Origin: the human T2T-CHM13v2.0 reference genome, Homo sapiens
Length of the DNA stretch: 64,000 nt
Assembly (NCBI RefSeq): GCF_009914755.1
Contig: NC_060927.1
Strand: one strand, 5' to 3'
Position numbers and translations under genes: made by a program
Part shown: one piece after another, positions 44,121 through 56,891 of the stretch
How positions within the stretch are numbered: position 1 is the stretch's first letter
How the letters are laid out: each line of letters starts with the position of its first letter
Notes under the pieces: generated by a model
Databases searched by the model: none
The model's input: the letters and a program-made list of their open reading frames with translations, nothing else
Told to the model about the DNA's origin: nothing

Positions 44121-46459
44121 GATCTGTGACCTCCCATCCTTAGTAATTTGCTACTGGGGTTCATTTAAAGCTGATTTCAAAGGTGGTATAAAATTTTCTC
44201 TGATAAGGTTGTGCTCACATGGCTGTTAGAAAAAGTAGACCAACATGATTTCCCTGAGCTTTAATGCCCTCTCCTCCTTGCCCCAGTGAGATATCCTACA
44301 CTTTGAGGACAGGAGCCTCAAAGGATGCCTGAGCTTGCGGTGAGACAGGCATCAGCCAACCTTCTAGCCAGCACCTGCTGCTTTGGACCCTCAGCACAAT
44401 TCCCTCTCTTGAAGGGACACCTCAGAATTTCAGACACCACTTATTCCATATTGAGCAAAACCATGTCCCATATGTCTGGTATTCATTGTCGGCAGATTGC
44501 AGACAATGCTTGGTCTGTTTTTTTCTGAAGATCCTGAGCCCTTCCAAGCTTCTGCTATTGAGAGGTGGATGTCTTTGGCATCCTTTAAATTACTTACCAG
44601 TCTGTCCACTTTGGTGCCACTAGTTTCCACAGGCCCCTGGTAACTTATTCCTCGTTTCCCATATTGCCTCAGTAACCTCCCTCCCCTATGGTAAAACAGG
44701 GCAACTCTTGCACCACTGACCTCTGTTATTGGGATCTTATTATGATGCCTGACATAGAATCTTTAGAAGCACCCCCACTGTTGGCCAGAGAACTCAGTGA
44801 AAGGGACAGAGAACACATAGGCTTATGCCACTCTCCAAGGTCCTGAACCAACATGCTGCAAAATATCACAGCCCTTTCCTCTATGATGCTGGTCATTCCT
44901 GTCTGATGTGCTCCTGTTGAGGGAATGATGGAAAAGGAATTACTATCATACTTAGGAGGAGCAAGAGAAGGAGAGGAAGAGAGCTGAACTTAGGCTAGAG
45001 AGTGTCATAACCACAAATGGTACTTAGAAAGAATAAAGGTTTGGTGTTGTTTTCTTTTGTTTTGGCATTGTTTTCAAATAACCATTTATCAAGAAGAAAC
45101 AACCACTGCACATGAAGCTGAATTCATGTTTATTTGATAATGGTACTACATCCCTGACAGTTGAAACTTTCCCTCTTTTGGCTTATGTTATCCTCCAATC
45201 CATCCTGCTTTTAGCCGTGTGTGCCATACTTTGGGCTAGGTATAATAACCAGCCTGACTTTTTTCCCTGCATATTTCGCCCCCATAGAAGACCTCTTCAA
45301 ACTTCTACAGCCCCCATTTCCCTGTCTGCTTCTGCTTCTTGAATTCTGCTTCCCCATAACATCTCAAAGACCCTTTTACCTTCTCCAGGGCGCCTTCCAA
45401 TCACTCAGACATGGTTCCTTTAAGTAGCTGTGTCACAATAACCAATGGAGAAAGAAACACTCTGGTAGAATCCTTATTTTGAAAATTGAATTCTGGACCA
45501 TGCTACTTTCCCAGTCACTCACACCACAGTCTCTCCCACCATCCATACGCCTGATATCATTTTCTGGTCACCCTCTCTACCACCTCTTCACCTTTATTCT
45601 ATATTGAAGAGTGCTAAAGTTGATATTGAAGTACATATTCAATATTGAACTTCATATTGAAGTAATTTTTCCAAACTACAATCTTGAATCTTCTCAGCCA
45701 TGGAGAACATTACATTTGTTGCTTTCCTGACTGATAATACCTAGGAGTCTTGAGTATCAAGTGTCCTTCCTGGCTTATTCCCAGACCCCACTGCAATTCT
45801 TTCACCTAAAGAGAGAAAGAAAAGAGGGCACAGTTTGCTGTGGGAGTAAAGGAAAGGTTTCCTTTCCCATAGGTCAGGGGAGGACAATGAATACCAGATA
45901 CCAAGTCAAAGTCAGGCTACCTCTAGGGAGGCCAGGAAGCAGAGATACAGGTACAGACAGAAGTCACAAGCCCAGTACCTAATAAGAACTGGACCCATTC
46001 TGGAGACACAGCCCCATGCTCAAGGCTAAGGTTCTGCCCCTTGGTAGAAGTGCTTGCTGGGGCTAGGTGGCCAGGAAGGTGCAGATTGGGGCAGGCAGAC
46101 TCCAAGGTGTTTCTGTGACAGGTACCAGAGATCATCTCTGAATCTATTGATTTGCACTGGTCATGTCTTTTCCCAAGCATCTGTAACACCTTGCATCTGT
46201 ACCACTTTGATCCTTTACTGTATGTGTTCACAGTTTCCAGCACTCCTTAGGTATGGGCTCCTACATCAGGTTTCCCCAACATAGGTTCCATGACCTCACG
46301 GCTTTCACAGTCTTTAGCATAATTCTGAATGAGAGGTCTCTGCTCAAGAAAGGGTGGCTGAATTAGGTCAGTCTTAATTACATGAGCAGGTGAAGATTCC
46401 CGATAATCCAATAATGACAATACAAATACTACTACTACCACTAGCCTCTGATGTTACTC

Positions 46460-46575
46460 AATTTCTCTGTGGACCAGCTACAGTTAAACTCTTTAGGCAT
46501 GTCATCTCATTAAATTCTCTGACCTACCATCTTTCAGATAAGGAAACTGAGACTTAGAAGTTCACTTTCTCAAGG
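46460..46575 (-). mobile_element. MIR fragment
   Basis: tttcagataaggaaactgagacttagaag. Confidence 0.6.
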
Positions 46576-46589
46576 TCAACCAACTAGAG

Positions 46590-46760
46590 AATATGTTTTA
46601 ACTTGGTTACTGTGAACACTTAGGAGGATCATCGGTTGGTTTCGGGGGACTAAGAACCCCCTCAGAGTCTGAAAAATCATGTGTTGCAACACGTGTTCAC
46701 TTTTCTGGGGGAAAAGCTTTGTTGCTTTTATCAGATTCTGTAAGTGGTCATGCACAGAGT
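46590..46760. mobile_element. Possible hAT-Charlie-type MITE relic
   Basis: ttttctgggggaaaagc...gcttttatcagattct motif resembles small hAT MER elements. Confidence 0.35.
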
Positions 46761-49079
46761 AGGGAGGGCCCCACATCTGGCCTGATGCAGAGGAGCATGA
46801 TCCCAGCCTGAATGTGGGGTTTTCCAGGGGAGTGTTTCTCCCAAGTTATAGCTCCAACCTTGTGGACAACCACTGTGGTTGCCACCTTCACCATCACCCA
46901 ATGGGGAGGGATCCCAGGACACAGACCCTGGCTTCAGCAATGCACAATGAGCTAGACCCGACCTGCTTGGCACCTTGTACCAGCCTGAAATTTACTACTA
47001 AATTCTGAGACCAGAAGGTTAGCCTTATTAAGATTCCTGATAAAGGAATTGGCTTTGGGGGCTTACCTGTCTTCAGCAGATTTTCACTTTGATTACTCAG
47101 GAGTGCTCTTATTTCCAGCTTAATGCCTGCAAATAAACTCACCCGCTCTCTCCCACACACCCTGTCTCACCATTCTTTAAAAAATCATCTGGCCCAAATC
47201 ACATTAAGAAGCAGGAGATTCTATCTTAATATGGTAGCACTTGGGCTGGCCCTGTGGGTCTAGAAGGATCCTGTTTAACTCCAGTGACAACCGTGCTCCA
47301 TGCAGGCTAAGCCAACCTCTCAGGCACATCCTGGAGGACATCGGAGACCCATCTTCAAAACTCATGACCAACCACACTCCCTCCTCACCCAAACAGAAAA
47401 TCACAGCTCAACACTTCTCCCATCCTTTAAAAGGACTGAATTTCCTTAGCCCTTTAAACAGAATGCATTCATCAGAAGTAACCGTGGCAACAGATCAGAG
47501 AGGCTTCAAAAAGCCTGTCTGTATGTAATTAAGAAAAATGAGGAAGAGCATGGAGCTTAGACGGGGAGACCACGGTGCTGAGCCCTGCCACTGCATTCAC
47601 TGAGGGCTTTTGCGGAAGGAGATGGCAGATTTTCTTTCTCTGTTCTGGCTTCCCTCTCTGCTCCCCCTTGTAATGTTTTTGTTTAGTGGTCTCAATTGGC
47701 CTCCTTCCTGGAGATGTTGCTGGGGTCCCAGATTCTGGATGAATACTCCCTGCAAGAGTAGGGCTCCAAGCCAAGGAGGCAATGCCTGGATGGGTAGGGA
47801 AGTGGCTTAGCATCTTCCTCCAGGGAGGTTTATGCAGACGCCAAATCTACCCTGGTCAGACTTTCATTTGGCCATAGGGAGACTGAGCAGTCTACCTGCA
47901 GGAATATGCCCATCTCATCAGGATGCTACGGCACAGACACCTGGGGCCATCATCATTTTAACCACCCAGACATGAGGCCCTGGCTTGCCAGCCCTGGAGC
48001 GGGCCTCATGGGAATAAGAGACAGACAGAACCCAGCATTGTTAGGAGGCCATCTGAGCCCTGGTGCTTTTTTTTTCATAACACTTATTCTTATTTAAAAT
48101 AATTTCATTTATTTCTCTGTTTCCTTCTATTCTATTAGTTTTCTCTCACTGGAATATAAGCTCCATAAGAGAATAAGCTTGCCTGTCTTGGTTTTTCTGC
48201 CTCTCAAGTGCTGAAAAGAATGCCGGGAGTATTAGTTACGGGAGTAAATGAGTGAATGAGTAAATAATGAATGGTCATTTTTTTGTGGCCCAGATTCTGT
48301 TCACCTCCACAAATATGCACTGGCACTTGCTCTGTGGGAGGAAGAAGACACACCCCTGCCCTCAAGGAGGCAGGGGAATGATACACCGCAGGGCATGTCT
48401 GGCTCTCCTAGCCCTCTGAGTCCATTCTCCAGGGAAGGCCCTTAATGTCTGTTTCTGCTCCTTGGAAGGAAGGGATTCAGATTTATGTACTCCTGCACTC
48501 AACAACCATGACCTTCACAAGCCCCTGTTCATGCGCCACAGATGCATTTGCTCTGAAAAGCACACATGAATGGGAAGGGGGCAGTGGCTGCTTTATATGA
48601 AGACGTTTATTAAAACAACATGGAAAAAAACCCTTCCCCTGGAATGGGGGGTGGGGGTGGGGGAGGAAACTCACTGCATTTCCTCCTGAGCAGCTGGGAG
48701 TAAATGAACAGACATGGAGCAGCATCGACAAGGGTGGGTCTTCCCAGCTGTCAGGGAGGCCACTAGATGAGAGACTAAGCAAAACTCTCCATCCAGCTCT
48801 TCATTTGCCACCTTTGCCTCACCAAAGCCTCTGCCACTCAGAGTAACAAGCAGTGGGTCATCACTGATTACTGCTGCTACTTCAAGGCCTCTCCAAGGCC
48901 CCTCCATCCACCTACAGCAAGGCATCCTGTCTCACGCTGGAGAGGGGTATATACATGGGACCTTTTCCATGCACACTGAGCAAAGGTAGAAAACCAGGTG
49001 GGAGGGCAAAGTGCTGTCTGGGGATAGTAATTACAGAAACAGACCAGACAACTGCCCCTGTCTACCAGGAGGCTACAGT

Positions 49080-50130
49080 GTGGTGAGGATGACAAAGAGG
49101 AAGAGACTATCACAATGCAATGATGGAATCTGACTTAGGCACCTGGAAATGAGCTATGGAAGCCCAGATAGGGAGATCATGACTGCTGGGCCTCAGGGAA
49201 GGGTCCTAGTGGAATGGGTGCTAGACCTTGAAGAGTGAGCAGGAGTTCAAGTTGATACAGAGGGAAAAGAACTTGTGACAGAGGGAAAAACATTGTGTAG
49301 AGGCTCAGAGATAAGAAGAGAGTTTAGTGTGCACAGGAAATTTCAGGAACATTTCTATTAGCCAAAATATGAGGGGTGAAGGTCAACTGCCAGGGATGAG
49401 ATCAAGAAAAGCAAGATCCCACGGGGGCTTGAATGACATGGAAAGGAGGGCAACCATTTTGGATAATCAGGAAGCAGGGGGGAAATTGTGCAGAAGAACG
49501 CTATGACTCCATGTGCAATTTAGAACTCATACTCTGGCAGAAGAGACTATATCGGAGAAATGCAGAAGCAATGTTGGAGAATTAATTAGGAGGCTTTTGC
49601 AATAGGGTAGGAAAAATGATGAGGCCCAGAATTCTGAGGCCATGAGGATAGAGAGGAAGGAACATGTCTAAGGAAAAGTAGAGGAAGATGGACAGATTGT
49701 GCTAATGGTCCATGTGTTAGGTGATACAGAAGATGTGGCTCCCAGGGCCTGACTGGTGACTACACAGGTATCAAAGAAGGTAAGGATTGAATTGTGTTCC
49801 CTGGATTTGTCACATAGAAAGCCAAAGGAAAAGCAGTCATGGCAGAGAAGTGGGGAAGTAATCAGACTTCAGTTGGCTGAGCAGGGAGAGAGGAAAGACA
49901 GTAAGTGTAGGCTCTTGTTTGCAAAAGCTTGGCTGAGCCAAGAGTAAAGAAGAGAGGGTGTGCAATGTAGATAGATGCCAGGTGATGATGTTTTGGTTTG
50001 AAAATGGCAAAGACTTGTATGAGTTTACATTGAGAAGCTGGAGTCAGTGGGGAGAGTGTAGCTGAAGCTCAAAGGAGAGAGGAAATAATTGAAGGAGGAA
50101 AGTCTCAATGGGTGAGAGGGATGGATGATC
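49080..50130 (-). mobile_element. Degraded L2 LINE
   Basis: Purine-rich, with L2-like antisense motifs (ttaggaggcttttgcaatag...gatgaggcc). Confidence 0.55.
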
Positions 50131-51279
50131 ACTCTCTTGGTCAGTGCCTGCCTCTGCCCCTTCACCCGAGGCTGCTTTCTGAGTGATAGCCTCAGGATGT
50201 CCCAAGGATGCAGTGAGATAAAAAGATTCACCCCACACCTAGTATAAAGCAAGCACTCAGTGAATGCCTTTACTTTGAGATGAGAAACAGGGGCCCGCGG
50301 GTGAGTCTAGGCTCTCTGCTATAGAAGTGAGACTAACAAGAGTTGCGTTGACTGCTGAGAGCTTGTGGTATGAGTCCCATCAGTCAGAAGCAAACAGATG
50401 TGTCCAAGACAGGCAGTGACCAATATGGATGGTAATGAATTGTGCAGTGTGTGTCAAGGTTGGCCCAGCCCTGTAAGAGCCTACCTGGGACAGTACTGAC
50501 TGCCTTCCCAGCACTAGCTATGTGATTATTTGAAAAGAGATGGATGTTTATTCCTGGGCAGATGGGTGGGGAATTCTTGAATGCTGTTTGCAAGACTTCA
50601 GTAAAAATGCTCCATGAATTCTGCCCTGTCACATGCGTGCATGAACGCTGTGCTTTAGCTCAGGCCTAATGGGCTTTATATGGTACAGTACTGATTTTCT
50701 TTCAAGTTTTAATAGAACCCGATTTAATATTTGCTTTCTGCTCTAGCTGCTTGCTGTTGACTGATTCAACACAGAATCCTTCCCTGGTGCCCCCCGACCT
50801 TATTGTTATTCCCTCATTTTTTGTGTTGGCATTTGATTCCTGTCTCCAGCATGAACCACTTTACACATGTCTTCGTTCAGCTGGTGACAGTCACGTGCAT
50901 GAATTCTGAATGCATTACTATCTGAAGCGGCTGCTCCAGCAGACCTGCCATTCGAAAGGGGGGCTTCCGGGCAGGATTCATTTTTATCAGTTAGACACTG
51001 AGGAGATGCAAGGCTCAGGCTTGGGAACCTGAGGCTATGATCTGTTCTGGTTTTGGGCAGCAGATTCTCCAACTTAATCTCAAAATGCCCAGCATTGTGG
51101 CCGTTAATTCAGCAATATTTTGCTCTTCTGTGAAGCACCAGGATTTCCACAGTTTTGCAACAAGGCATTTCAGTTTTTGCCAGATTGTGAAAAGTAGCCA
51201 TAAACAGAGCTTTCCAGAGGAAAGAGGCTGCCCTCTGTGAGTCCCAGTGAGCCTGTCTGGTTTGTAAGAGAAGGTCTGT

Positions 51280-51500
51280 TCAGAGCAGGGCTATAGTTGA
51301 GAACGTGAGCTTTGGAATCCCGCAGGTATGGGCTTTCACACTGGCTTCAGTTCTTACAGAGCTATGCGATCTATAGCCAGCCTCCTTTCTAAGCTTTACT
51401 TCCCCTTTCTATTAAATTGAGATAATTATTTTATCTTCCTGGTAGGGGTCTTTGGGGGGAATAAATAAGGTAATGTATATAAAGCAGCTAGCAGAATGTC
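51280..51500 (+). mobile_element. MIR SINE
   Basis: gagctttggaatc...aaataaggtaatgtatataaagcagctagcaga. Confidence 0.6.
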
Positions 51501-52158
51501 TAAACACATTCCTGTGTTTTCTTACGTCATGGGGCCCAAAGTGACTACATGAACCTCTTCCACTCAATTCTGCTTCTTTTCTCATGTGCCAAAGCTGGTC
51601 CAATGTAAATATACATCTATTCAGGTGCTCTGGAAGCCTGTCCCTACAGAGATGCATCCCTGCTACCACGCACACACCAGATAGATCCCAAATGTGTGAG
51701 ATTTTGTGCAGAATTTCAGAATATGTTAGGGTTTTTGGAGGGGCCACTCATATCCTTCTACCCTTGAGTTCTACACCAATTAAGATTAGACAAAGAATCC
51801 AGTAAATGTTCAATATATATACATTTTATTAACCCTAAACCTGGCTGGAGGATGTGGCTTGATCCTGAGAGCAAAAGGCCTTAAACCCAGGTCCTGGAAC
51901 CGTCTTTCCCTTGGCACACATGATTGAAAGAAGAAAAGCCTCAGTGAAGATGACTGAAATGGGAGCTAGGGACAAGTTGTCATCTCTGTTCACCTATTCT
52001 TCTTTTAAAATGAATTGAAGCATAGCCATTTGGGGTTGAGGAAGGAGTGGGAGGCGAGCGCACTGATGAGGTTGGGAATGCACCAGAGGCAGACAAGAGA
52101 GCTGCCGGACAAGGAAGCTTATGTCTAGCCTCACTGGACCTTCTTTGTCTCCCTGCAG

Positions 52159-52494
52159 GCGTCCCATCAGGTCCCCGCAATGTTATCTCCATCGTCAATG
52201 AGACGTCCATCATTCTGGAGTGGCACCCTCCAAGGGAGACAGGTGGGCGGGATGATGTGACCTACAACATCATCTGCAAAAAGTGCCGGGCAGACCGCCG
52301 GAGCTGCTCCCGCTGTGACGACAATGTGGAGTTTGTGCCCAGGCAGCTGGGCCTGACGGAGTGCCGCGTCTCCATCAGCAGCCTGTGGGCCCACACCCCC
52401 TACACCTTTGACATCCAGGCCATCAATGGAGTCTCCAGCAAGAGTCCCTTCCCCCCACAGCACGTCTCTGTCAACATCACCACAAACCAAGCCG
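52159..52494 (+). CDS. EPHB1: EPHB1 internal coding exon (probably exon 5), first fibronectin type III domain, 336 bp, phase 1-1
   Basis: Acceptor cttctttgtctccctgcag (AG 52157-52158) and donor G|gtaagt (GT 52495-52496). Translates VPSGPRNVISIVNETSIILEWHPPRETGGRDDVTYNIICKKC...PYTFDIQAINGVSSKSPFPPQHVSVNITTNQA, the core of ORF 52047..52643 and the EphB1 FN3-1 domain. Candidate branch point CTCAC (A at 52133). Confidence 0.98.
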
Positions 52495-52799
52495 GTAAGT
52501 CTGGAGGCTTCTGTGCTCCTGTTTGGATGTGTGGCTGGCTCTTTGTCTCTAGGCAGGGACACAGCTGCAGCCACACCCATCCTGCCCGTGTACTGTCAGG
52601 CCTCTGCCCAGGAGTGAAGGTGTCAGGTGATGGGCATTTGTGATCACATAGAGAAGGCAGGTGTAGTGTTGCGCTTCTGAGAATGAGCTGCAGACTAGGG
52701 GATTTTCTTGTGCCCAGCACAAAAGCAAAGAGGTATATCCAAGCCAGAATAGGACCTAGTGCTCTTCATCCAGCCTGAGCTCAACAAATCCTGTTGGAA

Positions 52800-52920
52800 A
52801 GATGGATGAAGAGATAGACAGACAGGTGTGTGAGTGGACAAACAGAGGATTGTGTAAATGGATGGACAGATGGACAGAGGGCTAGGTAGGTGGACAGATG
52901 GATGGACAGACAGATGGTGA
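52800..52920 (+). repeat. Degenerate (GATG/GACA)n low-complexity tract
   Basis: gatggacagatggacag...gacagatggatggacagacagatgg. Confidence 0.7.
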
Positions 52921-53922
52921 GTGAGTGGAGGCACTGAAAGACTTTGAGAACAGGACGACAAATGATGCTTTATGGAAACCCAATGACAGAAATTTTCCAG
53001 AGATCATATGATAAAATCAATATTACCTTCATTTTCCAATTAAATCTATGTAGTTCAAAAGTGTATTCTCCTTTATAGCTTGCTCTGATGAATGATATGC
53101 TGCTGTTGAGACCTCAGATAGATGGCAATAGATCACTCCTGATAGCCAGCACATCCTTGTGGGATGCATAGCTCAGAACACATTTTCTTTCTCTTTATTT
53201 CTGAATCTTACACTCTTCTGATCTTTTCTCTTTATTACTTTTCACAGCTCTTGCAAGAATCTGTTTATTTTTATATCAATTTAACGAGTCCATTCATGCA
53301 CTTATTTATTCGTTCATCATTAAGAGACAGTCATTTAGCATGTACTGTGTGCCACGCTGTGGATTAGACACAGTGAAGGATGCAGTGATACTTGGACACT
53401 ATTGTTCCTCCCATGAAACTCATTAACTGAAGAATTTAGAGGATATAGATACAAAGCACAAAGCTGCAAGGTAAAATGCTATATGCATGCAGTAAATACC
53501 AAGGGAGTTAGAGAAAAATGAGCAATCTCTCTCCCGGGGTTACCGTGCAAGGCTGCAGAGGGGAAGTGAACATCACATGCACAGGCAATGGGGGTCATAG
53601 GCAGTGGACCGTGATGCTATTTGGAATTATAGATTTTTCTCAATTAACAAATTCTAAAAGGACAGCTTGTTAGTAGAATAGCAGGAGCCAAGCATCTATC
53701 TCTGCTCTCTCTTCCTCTGTGTATCTCCCCCTCCCTGACCTCCTCTTTTCTACTCCATCCTTTTCTACTCACCTCCCCACCCTCAGACTCATTCTGCTTC
53801 TTTTAAAACCAGGCATCTTAGGCATCTTTGATGGCATATGAATCTTGAGTTTAAGCTGTCAGAACTGAGAAGAAAAAAGGTGTCGTAGGAGAGCATGTCT
53901 GTCCAGATGGCTGTGTTGCTGC

Positions 53923-54004
53923 TGTGTGTGGGTGTGTGTGTGTGTGTTCATGTGGTGTGTTTGTATGTATGTGTATGGTCACGTGTTTACATGCATACGT
54001 GTGT
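53923..54004 (+). repeat. Imperfect (TG)n tract
   Basis: tgtgtgtgggtgtgtgtgtgtgtg...tgtatgtatgtgtatg. Confidence 0.8.
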
Positions 54005-55329
54005 AGTGAGAAAATAAGAGTGGAAATGTAGAAGCCTCCAGCTGGTGACCACAGTGTTGGTGCCGTAGAGACAAAGGTTGTGACATTTTGTCTTACCCAA
54101 AGAAAGGAGAATGGTAATTTCTGCATTATGTTAAGCATGTAACATGGGCAGCCTTTGTTAGCAGTATTTCCCTTGAAGAGTTTAGGCAGAAAACTGGCTG
54201 AAATATTTTAGTGTCCCAGCTTTTGGGAATGACAATCCTGCCAGGCTGTCATGTTACACTGGGCTTGGCTGTCTTTTCTCTCTCTCTAAGCATGTGCGAA
54301 CAAACCTGCCACTTATATCGGTTTGCTTTTATTTCTGCCCTCCCTTCTCTTACCCTGCTATTCCTGAACCTGCCCATCTGCTTGTCTTGCCATCTGCACC
54401 TTCCTAGACTGCAGTGGAGCTGGGGGACCAAGGCTCTTGCAAGGGGCCCTGCATTACCAACATGCAAAATATTCATTTGTATCCTCACCCTTTTGCACCT
54501 CCATGAGCACACTTCTCATGTGCTTTGTTCCCCCTCTGGCAGGCCCTTTAATCTTAATCATCCCCGATTTTGTAGTCCTAGCCTCCATTATCACCTTCCA
54601 ATCTATGATTCCCTGTTTGGTAACTCTGGAATTCTGGTGTCAGAGAGTTTACACTCGCTGAGAGAAGGATGCAATTTCTTCTTGGTAGCACATGGTTATT
54701 GTAAAACAAATATCAAGTTGACCAGTGGTTCCTAATCTATGGGCTGTGGACTGAGGAACAGGGTGCCATCGCACTGATTTGATGAATCTATGTGTAAATA
54801 CAAATTATTTTCAACCAACAGATAGTATTTTTTTAAAGATGAGAGCCATCAAAGTAAACATTCAAACCTGAACTTCTGTGAGAACAGTTTAGAACCATGA
54901 ACAGAAGCTATGCATTTTACCAGAGGTGGACAAGAGACTAAAAAGTAGGCATCATAAAAACTCTAATGACTCAGATCCATTAAGGGCTGAGGTGGGTGGA
55001 CCCATGTGTTACCAACAGGTCATGACATGTCTAACCTTCCCAGAATACCCCTGAGCTGGTCCACTCTAGCTCACACTGGGTCAGATCTAGCTCAGTCTTC
55101 CTCCCCTGGCTTCATGGTATGGTATGACCGCTCTCTGTGCCTGTGGCCACCTGTCCTACTGTTTGAGTCATGAGTAGCTAGATGGCAGGCAAAGAATTTG
55201 ACCAAGAGGAGTCCTGGGATCAATCATTAAGTCAACCTGTGTTTATTGAATGCGTACTCTATGTCTGGAACTGCCCAAACTGTGAAGTGGCTGGGGACTA
55301 TTGAGTGGGTCCTGATTGAGAAATAGATG

Positions 55330-55490
55330 AGTAATAATTATTATAGTTAACACCTCATGTTTGTGTTTCTTTTGAGTTCACAAAGAATTTTGGAATTGTG
55401 TGGACTCATTTAATCCTCATAATTACACAATGACTTGGGGATTATTGTTCCTATTTTTCTAATAAGAAAGCAGAGACTTAAAGGGATTTG
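55330..55490 (-). mobile_element. MIR fragment
   Basis: ctcatttaatcctcataat...attattgttcctattttt...aagaaagcagagact. Confidence 0.55.
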
Positions 55491-56612
55491 GAGAATCTAG
55501 GATTAGAAAGAGATCAACAGGATGTCCCTTGTCTGTGTCTGCCTTATGGTGTTCTGTCCTAAAAGTGGACAGTACCTCTGGGCTCCCCATTTCATAGTCT
55601 CCAACAATAGGCTCTTCTTGATTCCAAGAGCTGTGATCTAAGAAGAGACCTTGGAGATTTTTGCTATCATTTGTTTTTTGGTCATTGGGCACATGGTAGA
55701 TACAGTTTTTCACTCAGAGACAAGCTTGTCTGTTGAGTTCTGAGATTCAGAGAGCCTTCATCTTCTCCCATCATGACCCCAATTATGTATATAGTCATGA
55801 CTATTCAAGGACCAGGTATCACTTGGAGAGTTTCAGGACTGGATCCTTACCCAGTCCAAAGGCAGTGGCAGAGAACTGACATCTTTGAGCACCTCCAATG
55901 TGCCAACCCCTACCAAGTGTTTTGTTTTTGTTTTTGTTTCTGTTCTTTTTACAGAGAAGGTGGGTCAGATGAAGAAACTTAGGTCAGAGCAGTTTTGAAT
56001 TTGCTGAGCATCTCACAGCCAACAAAGGATTCTAAGAAACATCATTTGCACCTCCCTAGGCTGCAGATATTTCTGAGAAACATCATTTCTTGGCTGTGAG
56101 ATGTTTTGTGGCCATTTTATCCTCAGACTGATGAAAAATCACATTATAGTGGACTGTGTAAGTCGTAAGCTCTCTCTAAGCTGTTGCCACATTGCTAGGC
56201 CATTTTAGCTGTCAAAAACTGTCCATCATCTTTGGTCAGGATTGGTCATGAATTATGCAAGCTCAGATTTATGTGAGGTCTTCAGGGATACATCCTTGCA
56301 CTGAATACAGCTGCCATGAGTTTAAAATAGACCAGATCAGGTGCAACTCCCTCTGTTCCAGTGGCCAAGTGATCTGCAGAGAGATTGTTATCACCACTAA
56401 CTCCTGCAGTCACTCTCTGGCATCTGGCCCCAGATTCAGACTGATGGCCGGATCATCTGGCTGTCAGAGAGAATTAAGTGAATGACAAACTTTACTTCTC
56501 TCTTCTGTCAAATAGACTCGGAGTGTCAAAGTTGGAAAAGAAGACCTCAGAGGAAATCTTGGGGGTATAAAAGATGAATCAGACCAGCACATGAGCTTGG
56601 GACCATCTAAGC

Positions 56613-56891
56613 CAGAGAACAAACTCAAAGACCCCTAAGGCCAGGCAGGTAATGGAGAGGAGCAAAGCAGAGCCAGGTACAAGGCAATAGAGAGTGGTGG
56701 GGACTGCAGGGAACTTTAGAGGCAGCCATTGTTCAGCTCCAGCAAGAGTTGCATGCCCAGCACTGCCTGATTTTATAAGCTGAAAATCCAGATTTAAAAT
56801 GTTGACAACTGATTAGAAAATTTTAAAGCACTTGAGAGCCAAAGAAATCCAATTCTGGATTTAGCCTGTTGGCGATGGTTTGTAACCTCTG
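56613..56891. mobile_element. MER102-type hAT-Charlie element
   Basis: Ends CAGAG..ACAAAC / GTTTGTAACCTCTG. Internal ggccaggcaggtaa, gagtggtggggactg, aaatccagatt and aatgttgacaact. Confidence 0.8.

Noticed and set aside
52167-52580. 137-aa antisense ORF over the exon
   Set aside because: Shadow ORF typical of GC3-rich coding sequence; no recognisable protein.
52047-52643. 198-aa ORF as a stand-alone gene
   Set aside because: Only 52159-52494 is Eph-like, and it is bounded by strong splice sites. The GTG start and the flanks are intronic.
54211-54735. 174-aa Leu/Cys-rich ORF
   Set aside because: GTG start, pyrimidine-rich low-complexity bias and no domain similarity.
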